A stretch of DNA of 64,000 nt from a virus, in the IMG/VR virus record IMGVR_UViG_3300031760_000017. The stretch is one strand, 5' to 3'. Both the position numbers and the translations under genes were made by a program. Positions 21,601 through 32,741 of the stretch are shown here, in pieces; within the stretch, counting starts at the first letter, position 1, and each line of letters starts with the position of its first letter. The notes beneath the pieces were generated by a model. It saw only the letters and a program-made list of their open reading frames with translations. It was not told the origin of the DNA and made no database searches.

Positions 21601-24600
21601 TCTTTTAATTTTCTTTTTTGAGCTTCTAATATTGCGGTTTGTTTATTTAAATTATCAAGTAATTGTTTACCATATAATTTATCTTGAATTTTTTGAGTTC
21701 GCTCTAAATCACGATTAATTTTCTTTATTTCAATGTCAATATCGTGATATAAATCTTTCTCTTGCTCTATTGGCTTTTTAGTATTTTTAGTAGAAGTATT
21801 AGTATTATCTTTTGCAGTTTTATCTGCTGCTTTTTGAGCTTTTTCAGCCTCAGCTTTTCTCCTTGCTTGACCCTTTGCTCCAGCGCCATTAGCAGATTTT
21901 TTATATTTAAAACCACCACCAGAAGTTTTATGTGCGGAAACAACTTTTAAAGCAAATGCAGTATGCTATTTAGTTTCCGTATCATCCGCAGGAACTGTTT
22001 TATAACGAATAGTAGGCACTCTATATGTTACCTAACTTCCATCTATGGGGTTTACACCAGTAACTTCTCTATTTGTAACTTCAGCTTCTGCGCCAGTGTA
22101 CTGAACTGTATCTTGCGCAGTTGTTTTTTGCTAGATGATTTCAGCATCTACACCCATAGAAGCTAAATAATCTGTTGCTTGTTTTGCTGTCATATTGGCA
22201 GCATTTACCATATTACTTAATTCTTTTAAGAATCCTTCATTATCCAATGAAGCTCCGATTTTTAAATCCTATAAATTTTTACCCTAATAATATAATTCCA
22301 TTATATCATCAAAGTCTTTCTTAAAAGCTTCTGTATCTAAATGAATTTGGGTAGCAATATCTTGTCCAGCTAATTGCATTAATTGATCATAAGCTTCTAC
22401 ATTACCATCAATTGCCGCCTTCATTAATTTTAAATTCTCAACATTTGTTAAGAAATTATTAGATAATGACTAACCATCTAAATCAAGTAAATCAGCATAA
22501 GCATCTCTTAATCCAGAAATTGCCTATGATTGTTCTTGCCAAGAGCCACTTTGTAAAGCTCCTAGCCAAGTATCATAATTATCAACAACATCTTGAATAG
22601 CATTATCAAATCTTAAAATTGATTCAGCAAGTTCTTCCGCACCTTCACGATCCTATTTTAAAACTTTTGATAATTCTTCACTTTGCTATGATAAACTTTG
22701 AATATCTTTAGTAAGATTTGCATAAGCTGTCTCATCAACATCCGAATCTGTTGGAAACATAGCATCATGTAACTGATGAGCAAGTTTTTCTTCTTCCTAT
22801 TTTAACTAAGCAGTCCTATCACTTAAATCTTTAGTTTGATCACCTACTTTAGCAACAGCATCATAAATCTACTTTACTATACCTGGAAACTCCTAAAGCC
22901 ATTCTTTTGATTTTTGTTGCTTTTCAATAATAGCTGTCCATTCATTTATAATAGGCTAAGTGGCTCCATCTGTATCTTTTAAATATTCAATTTGTTTCTT
23001 TAATAAATCAAAATCAGCATGATTATTTTGAAGAGCTCTATTATCTAATTCATCATAATCATACTGTTTCTAAGATAATAATTGAACTCTATTTAATTCA
23101 GATTCAATCTAGAATAAAGTATTTTTAAATCCTTCTAATTTTAAATTATTAATAAGTGTATAGAACTATTCTGCATCTTCAGTCATTTTATATGACCCAT
23201 TAGCCATCATAGTAAAGAAAGATTGAATCTAAGGAGCTAAATCTCCAAATTCAGTTTTTGAAACGCTCTTTCCACTTCTAACTTGATCTTCAAGAGACTG
23301 ATAAAAAGCATAATTCTCTGCAGCGTCTCCCTGCATAGCAGAAATTTCTTTTATATTAGAAAAATCTGCATGTGAGATATTATCAACAACATTACCTAAA
23401 GTATCCCAGTTAGAAAATATTGATGGAGAAAGTTCAAAAGCTTTAAATAATTCCTCTAAATGTTGTTCATCTAATTCAGATAAATTTTTAATTATTTTAT
23501 CCGGAATTATTCCTGATGCTTTTTCTTGAATTTTATCAATAATTTTACCAATTTCATTATATTGATTATAAAGTTGAGACTATTCAGTAAGAAGATATGA
23601 ATCAGCTAATTCTTTTGCAGTTGTATCTCCTACAAATTCACCCTGCTATTCTAAAGCTGCTTGTAATTTTTGTCTTTGTTGTAAAAATTCTCCAGCATTT
23701 GTTACATTAGAAAAATCAAGGACGCCATGAGCTTCTTTTGATAATCCTATAAAAGCTGCTTGATTTTCATTAACATCTTTCGAAGCGTTGTCAAAAGCTT
23801 CCATCTATTCTGCTGAATCTGCAACCCATTGTGTTAAATCTTTATACCATTGAGATTGTCTCTATTGTTCGCTTAAAGTTTTGCTTAAATCTTCAACAGC
23901 TTTTTTAACTCTAGGATACATTATTAACAAGGACTATAAATTATAATCAACTTTATATTCAATAGTTCCATTATCTTGTTGGCGAAAACCATTTTCACTT
24001 AATATCTCTTTAGCTTCATCGCTCATTCTATTGCTACCAAAAGATAAAGCATAATCAATTTGATTGTCTTCACCAAGTGAACCTTTTACACCACGTTTTC
24101 CTTGAAGTTCAAAAGAGCTCCATAGGTTTTGTTTTGCTGCTTCATACTATTCTTTACTGGAATTATATTTTTTCTAAGCTTCTTCAGCTTTTAATTCTTT
24201 TAAAGTTTGAATTAAATTATCATAATTATTACGTAATCTATCTGCCGCATCGCCTTCAAGACCATATTGATTAATTAAATCTTCTATTCCTGATTTTAAA
24301 TCAGATCTTGTAATCTAGCCTTCTTTATATTTTTGATTTAGCTCTTCAATAGATTTATATAATTCTTGATTTCTACTTAATTGTTCTTGAAGTGTATTTG
24401 CTTCCTAAATAACTGATTCATTATGTTCAATTTGTGCTTTTCTAGCCTATTTACTTTTATTTATTAAAAAACCGAGTGCTGTTACAGCAGCTAATGCAGC
24501 TGTAATAAAAGCTCCTAATGGAGTAATTGTAATAACACTATTAAGAAATTGAATTTGAAAACCTGCTTCTGTTGCAGCAGCACCTATAGCACCAAATGAA

Positions 24601-27263
24601 ACGGCCTTAGCTCCATTAGAAGTAATAACAGCTGCCGCTTCTGCTGTACTCTTTCTAAATTGATAATTTAAAAGATTAGTTGCTTTTCCAACAGCCCCAA
24701 TTCCTTTAATTAACATTGGTAATGAAAAAGATAAATTTGTAACAATTTGAAGTATTCTTTGTCCAGTAGATAAATCCTGATTTTTCCAAACACTTCCTAA
24801 ATGTTGAATTTGTTGAATAGAAGACCCAATTCGAGCAAGACCTGCAGCAGCTTTTGCATATTCCTCAATTCTAACAGCTCTGTCTTTATTTGACATCTCC
24901 CCATTAAAATCGTTTTGTTTTGCATTCATTTGACCGCGCAATTTCTACAATTCAGGAACAATTTTTGGATCATTATAAACCTATTTAAAAATTTTTTCTA
25001 TTTTTGTTTTAATTTCATTACCACTAGTTTCTGTTATTTCTGCTAATTTATCAAAAAAATCTTTAAATTTTTGAAAAGTTTCTTCATTTACACTTTTAGA
25101 AAATCTTTTAGGTAAATCTTCATATAATTGACCAATCTCTTCAATAGCTTTTTGAGTTTCTTTAGAAAACTATTGATTACTAGTCATTTCATCAAAAACT
25201 TCTTTAAGATCTTTTGCTCCTAATCGTAAAGTAGTAAAAAAACTTCTTATGCCATCTTGCCCTACTTTATCAAATATATTTAAAAACTTTTCAGTTGATT
25301 GAGAAACAGACTCAGTTGATTCTTGAAATTCATCATATTCTTGCTAACATTTTTCTAGCATATTTAATATTTCATCAATTTTTTCAGGCTTTCCAACAAT
25401 ATTTTCTAATTTTGTCGTACCTAACTCTTGTCCTGAAATTCTATCTATTAACTATTCTAAAGGTTGTTTTTGTTTAACTAAAGTTTGAATCTAATTTCCA
25501 ATATTAGTAATATCATTTAATAATTTTTGTGCTCCTTGAAATTCTTCTGGAGACATCATTCTTGATAGTTCTAATAAATGTTCTCTATCTTTTAATAAGC
25601 TTTTACTTACTTCATCTAATTCAGGAATTCCTTGCCAATCTTTTGTTGCTTGTAAGGCATTATCAAATTCTCTAGCATTACTATTTGCAATCTCAAGGTT
25701 AGTAATAGTTGTATTTATTCCTTTAGCAATTTGTTCACTAAAAACAGCAACCCCAATAGCTCCAAGAGATTGTAATAATGCCTTACCTCCGCCTAAGCCA
25801 TCAATAAAGTTTGCAACAAAAACTGCAACACCCGATAATGCATCAGTTATACTCTTTATAGAATCAACATCAATTAAACTATCATATACATCTTCAACGG
25901 AAGCTTTTAATTGCTTTAAATGCGCGGCAGTTGAATCCATATATATATCTTGTTGCTTTTGTAAGGTACCTGCTGCATTTTGCGCTGTATTTAATGCTTC
26001 ATTATATTCTTCAAAATTATCAAATAAAGCAAGTAAATTATTATATTGTCTTTGACCAGCCATTGTTTGAGCTAAATAAATTTGCTGTTCACGAGTTAAA
26101 TCATCCCAACGACCGCCAATTTCTTCCATAACTTCGCCCATATCACGAAGATTTCCATTCATGTCAAGAACATTAAAACCAAGTTGTGCCATTTGACTAG
26201 AATATCTACCAAGAGTAACTCCATCTTCATCAATTCCAGCTTTAATATCACTAATACGAGCATAAACAGTTCTTAAAGCTGTACCAACACTCTAAGGAGC
26301 TTGTCTTGTTGCAGAAATAATAGTTGATAACTGTGCAGCTAATTGCTATTCACTAACACCCATTGTGGCGGCCGTACTTGCAACTTTACCCATACCTTTA
26401 CTTAATTCTTCAAGATCTGATGCGGTTGTTGCAGCAACAGCAGCTAATCTATCAATATATATCTAAGCCTAATCCGCATTAACCTTATAACCATTCCAAA
26501 CGGCAGTTAACTGTTCAGAAACGTCTGCTGTTGATTGATTTGTAACATTTGCTGTTTTTAATGTAATTGCGGTTCTAGCCTAAATTTCTTTATCTGATAA
26601 ACCCTGTTGAGCATAAATTAAAGCAGCATTAGTGTAATCTACTGTTGTAGTGCCTAGTTGTTTGGCTGCATTATTGGCTTGCTCTGCAAATCTTCCCATT
26701 TCATCAGCAGTCTTACTAGTAACGATTCTAATATCATTTAATGAAGTATCTAATGATTTAACATATCCAACTGCTTGTTGAATAGTACTAGTGAAACCAC
26801 GAAATACAGTATTAGCTAAATTATATTTTGCAACATTAACAAAAGTCTAAGCAAATTTATCAAGCACTTGATGAGTTTGCTTTAATTCTGCATTAACACT
26901 TAATACATGAGACGATAAATTTCTAAAAGCATTCTCACCAACAGCACCGCTCTTAGAAAAACTTTGATAGACTTTTTCTATTGAAGTTCCAGATTCATTT
27001 AATGACTTATTAAAACTTTCAACATTTGTAGTATTTAATTTTGCATTAAAAGCAGCTCTTAATGCTTTCTATACATTTCCAGCCTATTTCTGAATTGCTA
27101 TTAAATCGGTTTTAGCTGTATCAAAATCAGAATTATTTATTTTCATCATATCTTTTATAGTTAAATTTTGAATCTCTTTTAAAGATTTTTTTAACTAATT
27201 TAAACTCTGTTTTTGAATGTCAAAACCAATAGAATAGATAATATCTCCACCCTTTTTTGCCAT
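18612..27263 (-). CDS. Tape-measure protein, TP901-like core. Giant at about 2,883 aa, TAG-recoded with about 90 in-frame TAGs
   Basis: Track ORFs 18675.., 20025.., 24447.. and 25491.. are all in one frame. The ATG at 27261-27263 has a GGAGATAAAAGG SD. The TAA stop is at 18612-18614. The core motif is LGFNVLDMNGNLRDMGEVMEEIGGRWDDLTREQQIYLAQTMAGQRQ. Confidence 0.7.
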
Positions 27264-27463
27264 CCTTTTATCTCCTTTTTATATATTTAAAATCATGTGA
27301 TAAAAAATCTTCTTCTATATATAATATAAAAAAATGACATTTTTGATTATCATAACTCGACCATATACTTTTTTCTTGATGAATTATAAAAATTTTGATA
27401 TAATTTTAATATGAAATGTAAGAAAGAATATTTAAAGTTTATAAATAATATAAGGAGGAAGAT

Positions 27464-28210
27464 ATGAGTACATATGTATTTTCAGATTTACACGCTCAAT
27501 ATAATCTTTGGAAGCAAATAAAAGATTATATTAAACCAGACGACATTGTATTTTGTCTTGGTGACTGTGTAGATAGAGGTCCAGTAGGACTTGAAATTTT
27601 ATATGAAGTAATGGAAACTCCTAATATTACTTTACTACGCGGAAATCACGAAGATTTTATTGCCACTATTGGCGAAAAGATTTTAAAATGTAAATCAGAA
27701 GAAGATGTATATTGGGAGTATCCAGATGAAATATATATATGGAAAGCTAATGGCGCTTCAAATACTATTGAAGCTTTTCAAAATTTAAGTAGAAAAGAAA
27801 AAGAAGAGTTAATAAATAAAATTAAAAAATTGCCCACTTGGGCAATATATGAAAACAAAGATAATAAATTTTATCTTTGCCATGCGGGAAGACAGCCGCA
27901 AACAACAGAACATTTAATTGAAGGACGTAGCGCAATTATTCCAATGAACAATTATATTTGGGATAGAAGTCATATTTCGGATATAGTGTGGCGAGGAGAA
28001 AAAAATGAATTTTGTATTCATGGGCATACTCCAGTATTAGCCATAGACCATTATATAAATAGATATGAATTTTTACCTAAAAAAACAGATGAAATATATA
28101 TTTATTGTAATGGTCATAAAATAGATATAGACTTAGGTTCTTTTATCACTCATCGCGTATGTCTATTTAATCTTGATACTTTTAAACCAATTTATTTTGA
28201 AGATAAATAA
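27464..28210 (+). CDS. PPP-family Ser/Thr protein phosphatase or metallophosphoesterase
   Basis: Motifs DLHAQ, GDCVDRG and GNHED. No TAG. Confidence 0.7.
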   Translation: MSTYVFSDLHAQYNLWKQIKDYIKPDDIVFCLGDCVDRGPVGLEILYEVMETPNITLLRGNHEDFIATIGEKILKCKSEEDVYWEYPDEIYIWKANGASNTIEAFQNLSRKEKEELINKIKKLPTWAIYENKDNKFYLCHAGRQPQTTEHLIEGRSAIIPMNNYIWDRSHISDIVWRGEKNEFCIHGHTPVLAIDHYINRYEFLPKKTDEIYIYCNGHKIDIDLGSFITHRVCLFNLDTFKPIYFEDK

Positions 28211-28276
28211 TTAAAATTATTTATATAAGCACATTGAAAACTAAATATTATATTTTATTAAAAAAGGAGAAAAAAG

Positions 28277-29851
28277 ATGATTTAGAAAATTGTAACTACT
28301 GTAATTCCAATTTTAGTACCTATTGTAATAATCGCTCTCTTATGCCTTGCAATTACCTTAATTGGTAAAGCTATGTATAAGAAATCTCCGCCAAATATGG
28401 CAATGGTTGTAACTGGACCTTTTGGAAATAAAACAATTATTGGTAAAGGTTGTTTTGTAATTCCTATTCTTGAAAGAGTAGACTTCCTTTCTCTTGAAAA
28501 TATGCAATCAGACTTTACATCTAAAGATGACATTCCTACAAAAGATGCCATCAATATTTTAGTAGATGCAGTTGCTAACTTTGCAATTTCAACTGATCCG
28601 AAGACTCTTCCAAAGGCTGCTGCAAAATTCTTAGGTAAGAAACCAAAGCAAATTGAGGAAATTGTAAGACCGGTTCTTGAAGGTAATATCCGAGAAATTA
28701 TTTCTCAAACAACTTTAAAAGAACTTATTCAAGGTGATAAAAAGAAACTTGCAGAAAGAATTATTGAAAATGTTACTCCCAATCTTCAAGATATGGGTCT
28801 TGAATTAACAACTTTTAATATTCAGAATTTCAAAGATAAAAATGGAGTAATTGATAACTTAGGTCTTCAAAACACAGTCCAAATTAGTAAAGATGCTGCT
28901 ATTTCTAAAGCAAAAGCTGAACAGGAAATTGCAGTTGCGGAAGCTAATGCGCGAAAAGCTGCTAATGAAGCTCAAATTGCTGCGGAAACTGAAATTGCAG
29001 AAAGAGAAAATAAGCTTACAATTAAAAGATCTGAATTAAAAAAGCAGGAAGATATTAAGAAAGCAGAAGCTGATGCTGCTTATGAAATTCAGCAACAGGA
29101 ACAGCAAAAAATAATCGAAATTGCAACTGCCGATGCAAAACTTGCAAGACAAGAAAAAGAAATTGATTTGCAAGAACGTGAAGTTAGTATTAGAGAGCGT
29201 AAACTTGAAGCTGAAGTTAAGAAAACGGCAGAAGCTAGAAAATACGCTGCTCAACAGGAATCTGATGCAAATCTTTATGCAACTCAAAAGAGTTCTGAAG
29301 CTGATTTATTTGAAAGACAAAAGAAAGCTGAAGCTGAACAGTATGAAGCAGAACGACGTGCGGAGGCTCAAAAAGCTAAAGCTGAGGCTGAAAAATTTGC
29401 AAAAATTCAGGAAGCAGAAGCTATTAAAGAAACTGGTACTGCGGAAGCTGAAGCTATTAAAGCTAAAGGTACCGCAGAAGCTGAGGCTATTAGAGCTAAG
29501 GCGACCGCTGAAGCTGAAGGTTTGTTAAAGAAAGCTGAAGCTATGGAAAGATATGGTGAAGCAGCTCGTGAACAGCAAAAACTTGACGCGTTAAAGATTT
29601 ACTTTGAACAGCTACCCGCAATTGCTGAAGCTATCGGTTCAGGCTATGCAAATGTTGAAAAGATGGTTATGTTCGGAGATGATTCTTCAAAATTAAGTGG
29701 TAATATCATTAATAATATTACTCAAGTTTCTGAGGGTCTTAATGAATCACTTGGTATTGATTTAAAATCTTTAATGTCTGCTTTTATCGGTGGAAAGATT
29801 GTTGATGCAAATCATACTGAAGTAACTGAAGTAACTAAAGAAGAAGAATAA
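28277..29851 (+). CDS. Flotillin (FloT/YuaG-like SPFH protein). Codon 3 is a TAG
   Basis: The strong SD AAAAAGGAG precedes the ATG at 28277. The reading is MI*K, then a TM helix, then the SPFH domain, then EA-rich flotillin repeats. It is in frame with track ORF 28373..29851, whose own Met has no SD. Confidence 0.7.
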
Positions 29852-29860
29852 TAATTTATG

Positions 29861-29913
29861 ACAAGGAGAATATAAAAATTCTCCTTGTTTTTTTTATAAA
29901 TTTTTATTATAAT
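29861..29913 (+). terminator. Composite terminator and promoter cassette
   Basis: Hairpin ACAAGGAGAAT...ATTCTCCTTGT and T-run. TTGTTT at 29885-29890 is exactly 17 bp from TATAAT at 29908-29913. Confidence 0.6.
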
Positions 29914-29945
29914 ATATTTATAAAAATGAAAAGGAAATAAAAAAT

Positions 29946-30371
29946 ATGTTATCAGATAAAGCAATGTTAGAACTATGTCGATTGTACTATGATGAAGAGA
30001 CTTTCGAACATGTAAAAAGAGTCGCTGAATATGCTAAGGATATTTATAAACTTTATGATTATTATAAAGCAGGTGAGGAAAGATCTATTTATCATTTAGC
30101 CTTAGCTCACGACTTATATGAAGATACCGATATTTCACAAAATACTTGGTTTGATAATAATTTTGAAGCCAATCTTCAATTATTAACGAAAGACGAAGAT
30201 ATATCATACAACGATTATATTGCTAAAATTCGCAAAGAAGCAGTGATACCTACTTATAAACCTGCTTATATTGTAAAATTAGCAGACATGAAAGATCATC
30301 TTTCTCAAACTGAAACTTTAACAGAAGAACTTAAAAATAAATATATTTCTGCTATGAAATATTTACTTTAA
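29946..30371 (+). CDS. HD-domain phosphohydrolase
   Basis: H...HD motif (FEHVKRV...LAHDLYED). Confidence 0.6.
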   Translation: MLSDKAMLELCRLYYDEETFEHVKRVAEYAKDIYKLYDYYKAGEERSIYHLALAHDLYEDTDISQNTWFDNNFEANLQLLTKDEDISYNDYIAKIRKEAVIPTYKPAYIVKLADMKDHLSQTETLTEELKNKYISAMKYLL

Positions 30372-30386
30372 AAAAGGAAAATAAAA

Positions 30387-30527
30387 ATGGGAATACTTGA
30401 TGTTATTCTAATTATAAATATTGTACTTAAACTTTTAAATTTAATTACCTGGAGCTGGTGGGCAGTCCTCTGGCCGCTTTGGGTAATTTTAATAATTGCT
30501 TGTCTTCTTATTTTTGGAGATGATTAA
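30387..30527 (+). CDS. Small hydrophobic peptide, 46 aa, paralog 1
   Basis: Single predicted TM helix. Shares the ...NWSW..LWPLW... motif with the next ORF. Confidence 0.4.
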   Translation: MGILDVILIINIVLKLLNLITWSWWAVLWPLWVILIIACLLIFGDD

Positions 30528-30553
30528 TATTATAAATAAAGGAGAAATAAAAA

Positions 30554-30700
30554 ATGCTTGAAACGATTTTAATTGTAAATATTATACTTAAATTTTTTAA
30601 CTTAATTAATTGGAGTTGGAGCGCAACTCTTTGGCCGCTATGGGCGGAATTAATAATTATAGCTATTTTTTGGCTCAGTGGAAATCTTGATAAAATTTAA
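30554..30700 (+). CDS. Small hydrophobic peptide, 48 aa, paralog 2
   Basis: Tandem duplicate of the previous peptide. GGAGAAATAA SD. Confidence 0.4.
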   Translation: MLETILIVNIILKFFNLINWSWSATLWPLWAELIIIAIFWLSGNLDKI

Positions 30701-30773
30701 AATTAATTGATTTTTTATAAAATTTTTAATATAATTATAATATAAGTTATTAAAGAAAAAAGAGGTAAAAAAT

Positions 30774-32741
30774 ATGGGAAGATATGATAATGAAAATTGG
30801 GACACTTCGTCTCAGATGAATAGACAGCGAGACTTGGTTCTTTCCACAAATGAATTTTGTTTCTTGCAGTCTAAAACAAATGGTGCAATTAAAACATATA
30901 CTGGTCCTATTACCATGACAATTTCCGCTCAGGAATCTCTTGTTGTCTTTAATTCTAAGACAAAGAAATTTGAGGAAACTCAGGACTTTGAAAAGGCTAA
31001 ACAGCTCTTTATTTCTGCTCCTGAAGGATGGTATGTAGTTCTAAAGAATCCTGCGGTAGACAATTCTCATCCGGAAGCCGCAAAAGCTGTCAATAGTCCT
31101 AATCTTGAAATTGGTCGCAAGATTAATATTGGTGGACCTGTTTCCTTCTCACTGTTTCCTGGACAGATGACAAGAGTTATCAGAGGACATAGACTTCGTT
31201 CTAACCAGTATCTTCTTGCTAGAGTTTATGATGCGGACGCTGCACGTAAAGGTATTACAACAGCAACTATTGTTGATACAGAAGGCAAGGAAGTTACAGC
31301 AAAACCCGAGGAATATTTCGTTGGTCAAATGATTGTTATTAAAGGAACTGAAGTTTCTTTCTACATCCCGCCAACAGGAATCGAAGTTATTCCTATCGGA
31401 AATAGTAATGAATATGTCCGTGATGCAGTTACTCTTGAAAGACTTGAATATGCAATTCTGAAAGATGAAGATGGCGAAAAAAGATATATTCATGGTCCTG
31501 CGGTGGTGTTCCCGAAACCAACTGAAACATTTGTTTCAGCTCCTAAGGGTGGACTTATTTTCCGTGCTCTTGAACTTTCACCAATTAGCGGAATTTATGT
31601 AAAAGTAATTGCCGCATACGATGAAACAAAGAATGGTAAGAAAGTTCATCATCCAATTGGAGAAGAGCTTTTTATCACAGGAAAAGACCAGATGATTTAT
31701 TATCCACGTCCGGAACATGCTATGATTCAGTATGATGGTAAGTATATGCACCATGCTATCGCAATTCCAGAAGGCGAAGGTCGTTATATTCTTAATAGAC
31801 TTAGTGGAGAAATTAAGACTATTCGCGGTCCTCAGATGTATCTACCAGACCCGCGTTATGAAGTAGTTGTTAAAAGAAAACTTACTCCTAAAGAATGCGA
31901 TTTGATGTATCCTGGTAATATGGAAGTTCTGAAATATAATGGGAACCTTACAGAAAAAGCTGTTGAAAAGATGGCTAGTAGAGGTCTTACAGGTTCTGCC
32001 GTAACAGATGCGCTTAATAATGTATATTCAACTTCTAATCAGGAAGCAACTCTTGCTATTTTTGAAGCCAATGCAAACATTTCTCGCGGCGTAAGTTATA
32101 CAAAACCGCGCACAATTACACTTGATACTAAGTACGAAGGTGTTGTTGGAATTAACGTTTGGGGCGGATATGCTATTAATGTAGTATCTAAAGCTGGTAA
32201 GAGAGATGTTGTAGTTGGTCCAACTACTCGACTTCTTGATTATGATGAAACTCTTGAAGCAGTTGAACTTTCAGGGGGTACTCCAAAGAGTTCTAAGCCA
32301 ACTGTAAGAACAGCATTTTTACAGATTGAAAATAATAGAGTTTCTGATATTATTAATGTACAGACTTCAGACTCTGTTGCTGTTGAAATTCATCTTAGCT
32401 ATTGTGTAAGTTTCTTAAAAGAATATAAAGATTCTTGGTTTGCTATTAATAATTATGTAAAATATCTGTGTGATAATATGCGTTCTCTTGTTAAGAGAGA
32501 AGTAAGAAAATATTCTATTAAAGATTTTTATGCAAAATCTACTGAAATTATTAGAAATATTGTTCTTGATACTGAAACAGAAAAAGAACTTTTTGGTAGA
32601 TTCTTTTCTGCAAACGGCATGCTTGTAAATGATGTTGACATTATCAGAGTTACTGTTGAAAGAAACTATGAGCGTCTTCTTGAAAATCATCAGGCTGAGC
32701 TTATTCAGAAGAGTATTGATTTAGCTGATGCAGAAACATAG
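30774..32741 (+). CDS. Major vault protein (MVP)-like protein: repeat domains plus an SPFH-like shoulder. It ends in TAG directly abutting the next in-frame ATG
   Basis: 655 aa. Repeat and shoulder-like regions. The stop codon TAG at 32739-32741 is immediately followed in frame by ORF 32742.. with no SD. Confidence 0.45.
   Translation: MGRYDNENWDTSSQMNRQRDLVLSTNEFCFLQSKTNGAIKTYTGPITMTISAQESLVVFNSKTKKFEETQDFEKAKQLFISAPEGWYVVLKNPAVDNSHPEAAKAVNSPNLEIGRKINIGGPVSFSLFPGQMTRVIRGHRLRSNQYLLARVYDADAARKGITTATIVDTEGKEVTAKPEEYFVGQMIVIKGTEVSFYIPPTGIEVIPIGNSNEYVRDAVTLERLEYAILKDEDGEKRYIHGPAVVFPKPTETFVSAPKGGLIFRALELSPISGIYVKVIAAYDETKNGKKVHHPIGEELFITGKDQMIYYPRPEHAMIQYDGKYMHHAIAIPEGEGRYILNRLSGEIKTIRGPQMYLPDPRYEVVVKRKLTPKECDLMYPGNMEVLKYNGNLTEKAVEKMASRGLTGSAVTDALNNVYSTSNQEATLAIFEANANISRGVSYTKPRTITLDTKYEGVVGINVWGGYAINVVSKAGKRDVVVGPTTRLLDYDETLEAVELSGGTPKSSKPTVRTAFLQIENNRVSDIINVQTSDSVAVEIHLSYCVSFLKEYKDSWFAINNYVKYLCDNMRSLVKREVRKYSIKDFYAKSTEIIRNIVLDTETEKELFGRFFSANGMLVNDVDIIRVTVERNYERLLENHQAELIQKSIDLADAET

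Noticed and set aside
21762-26131. Small plus-strand ORFs at 21762, 21963, 24077, 25295 and 25931
   Set aside because: They lie antisense inside the giant tape-measure gene, are Cys/Phe/Leu-rich nonsense, and have no ribosome-binding sites.
29036-29528. Overlapping ORFs 29036..29287(-) and 29121..29528(+) inside the flotillin gene
   Set aside because: These are alternative or antisense frames of the EA-repeat region, which is low-complexity K/L/F-rich. The flotillin frame has clear homology.
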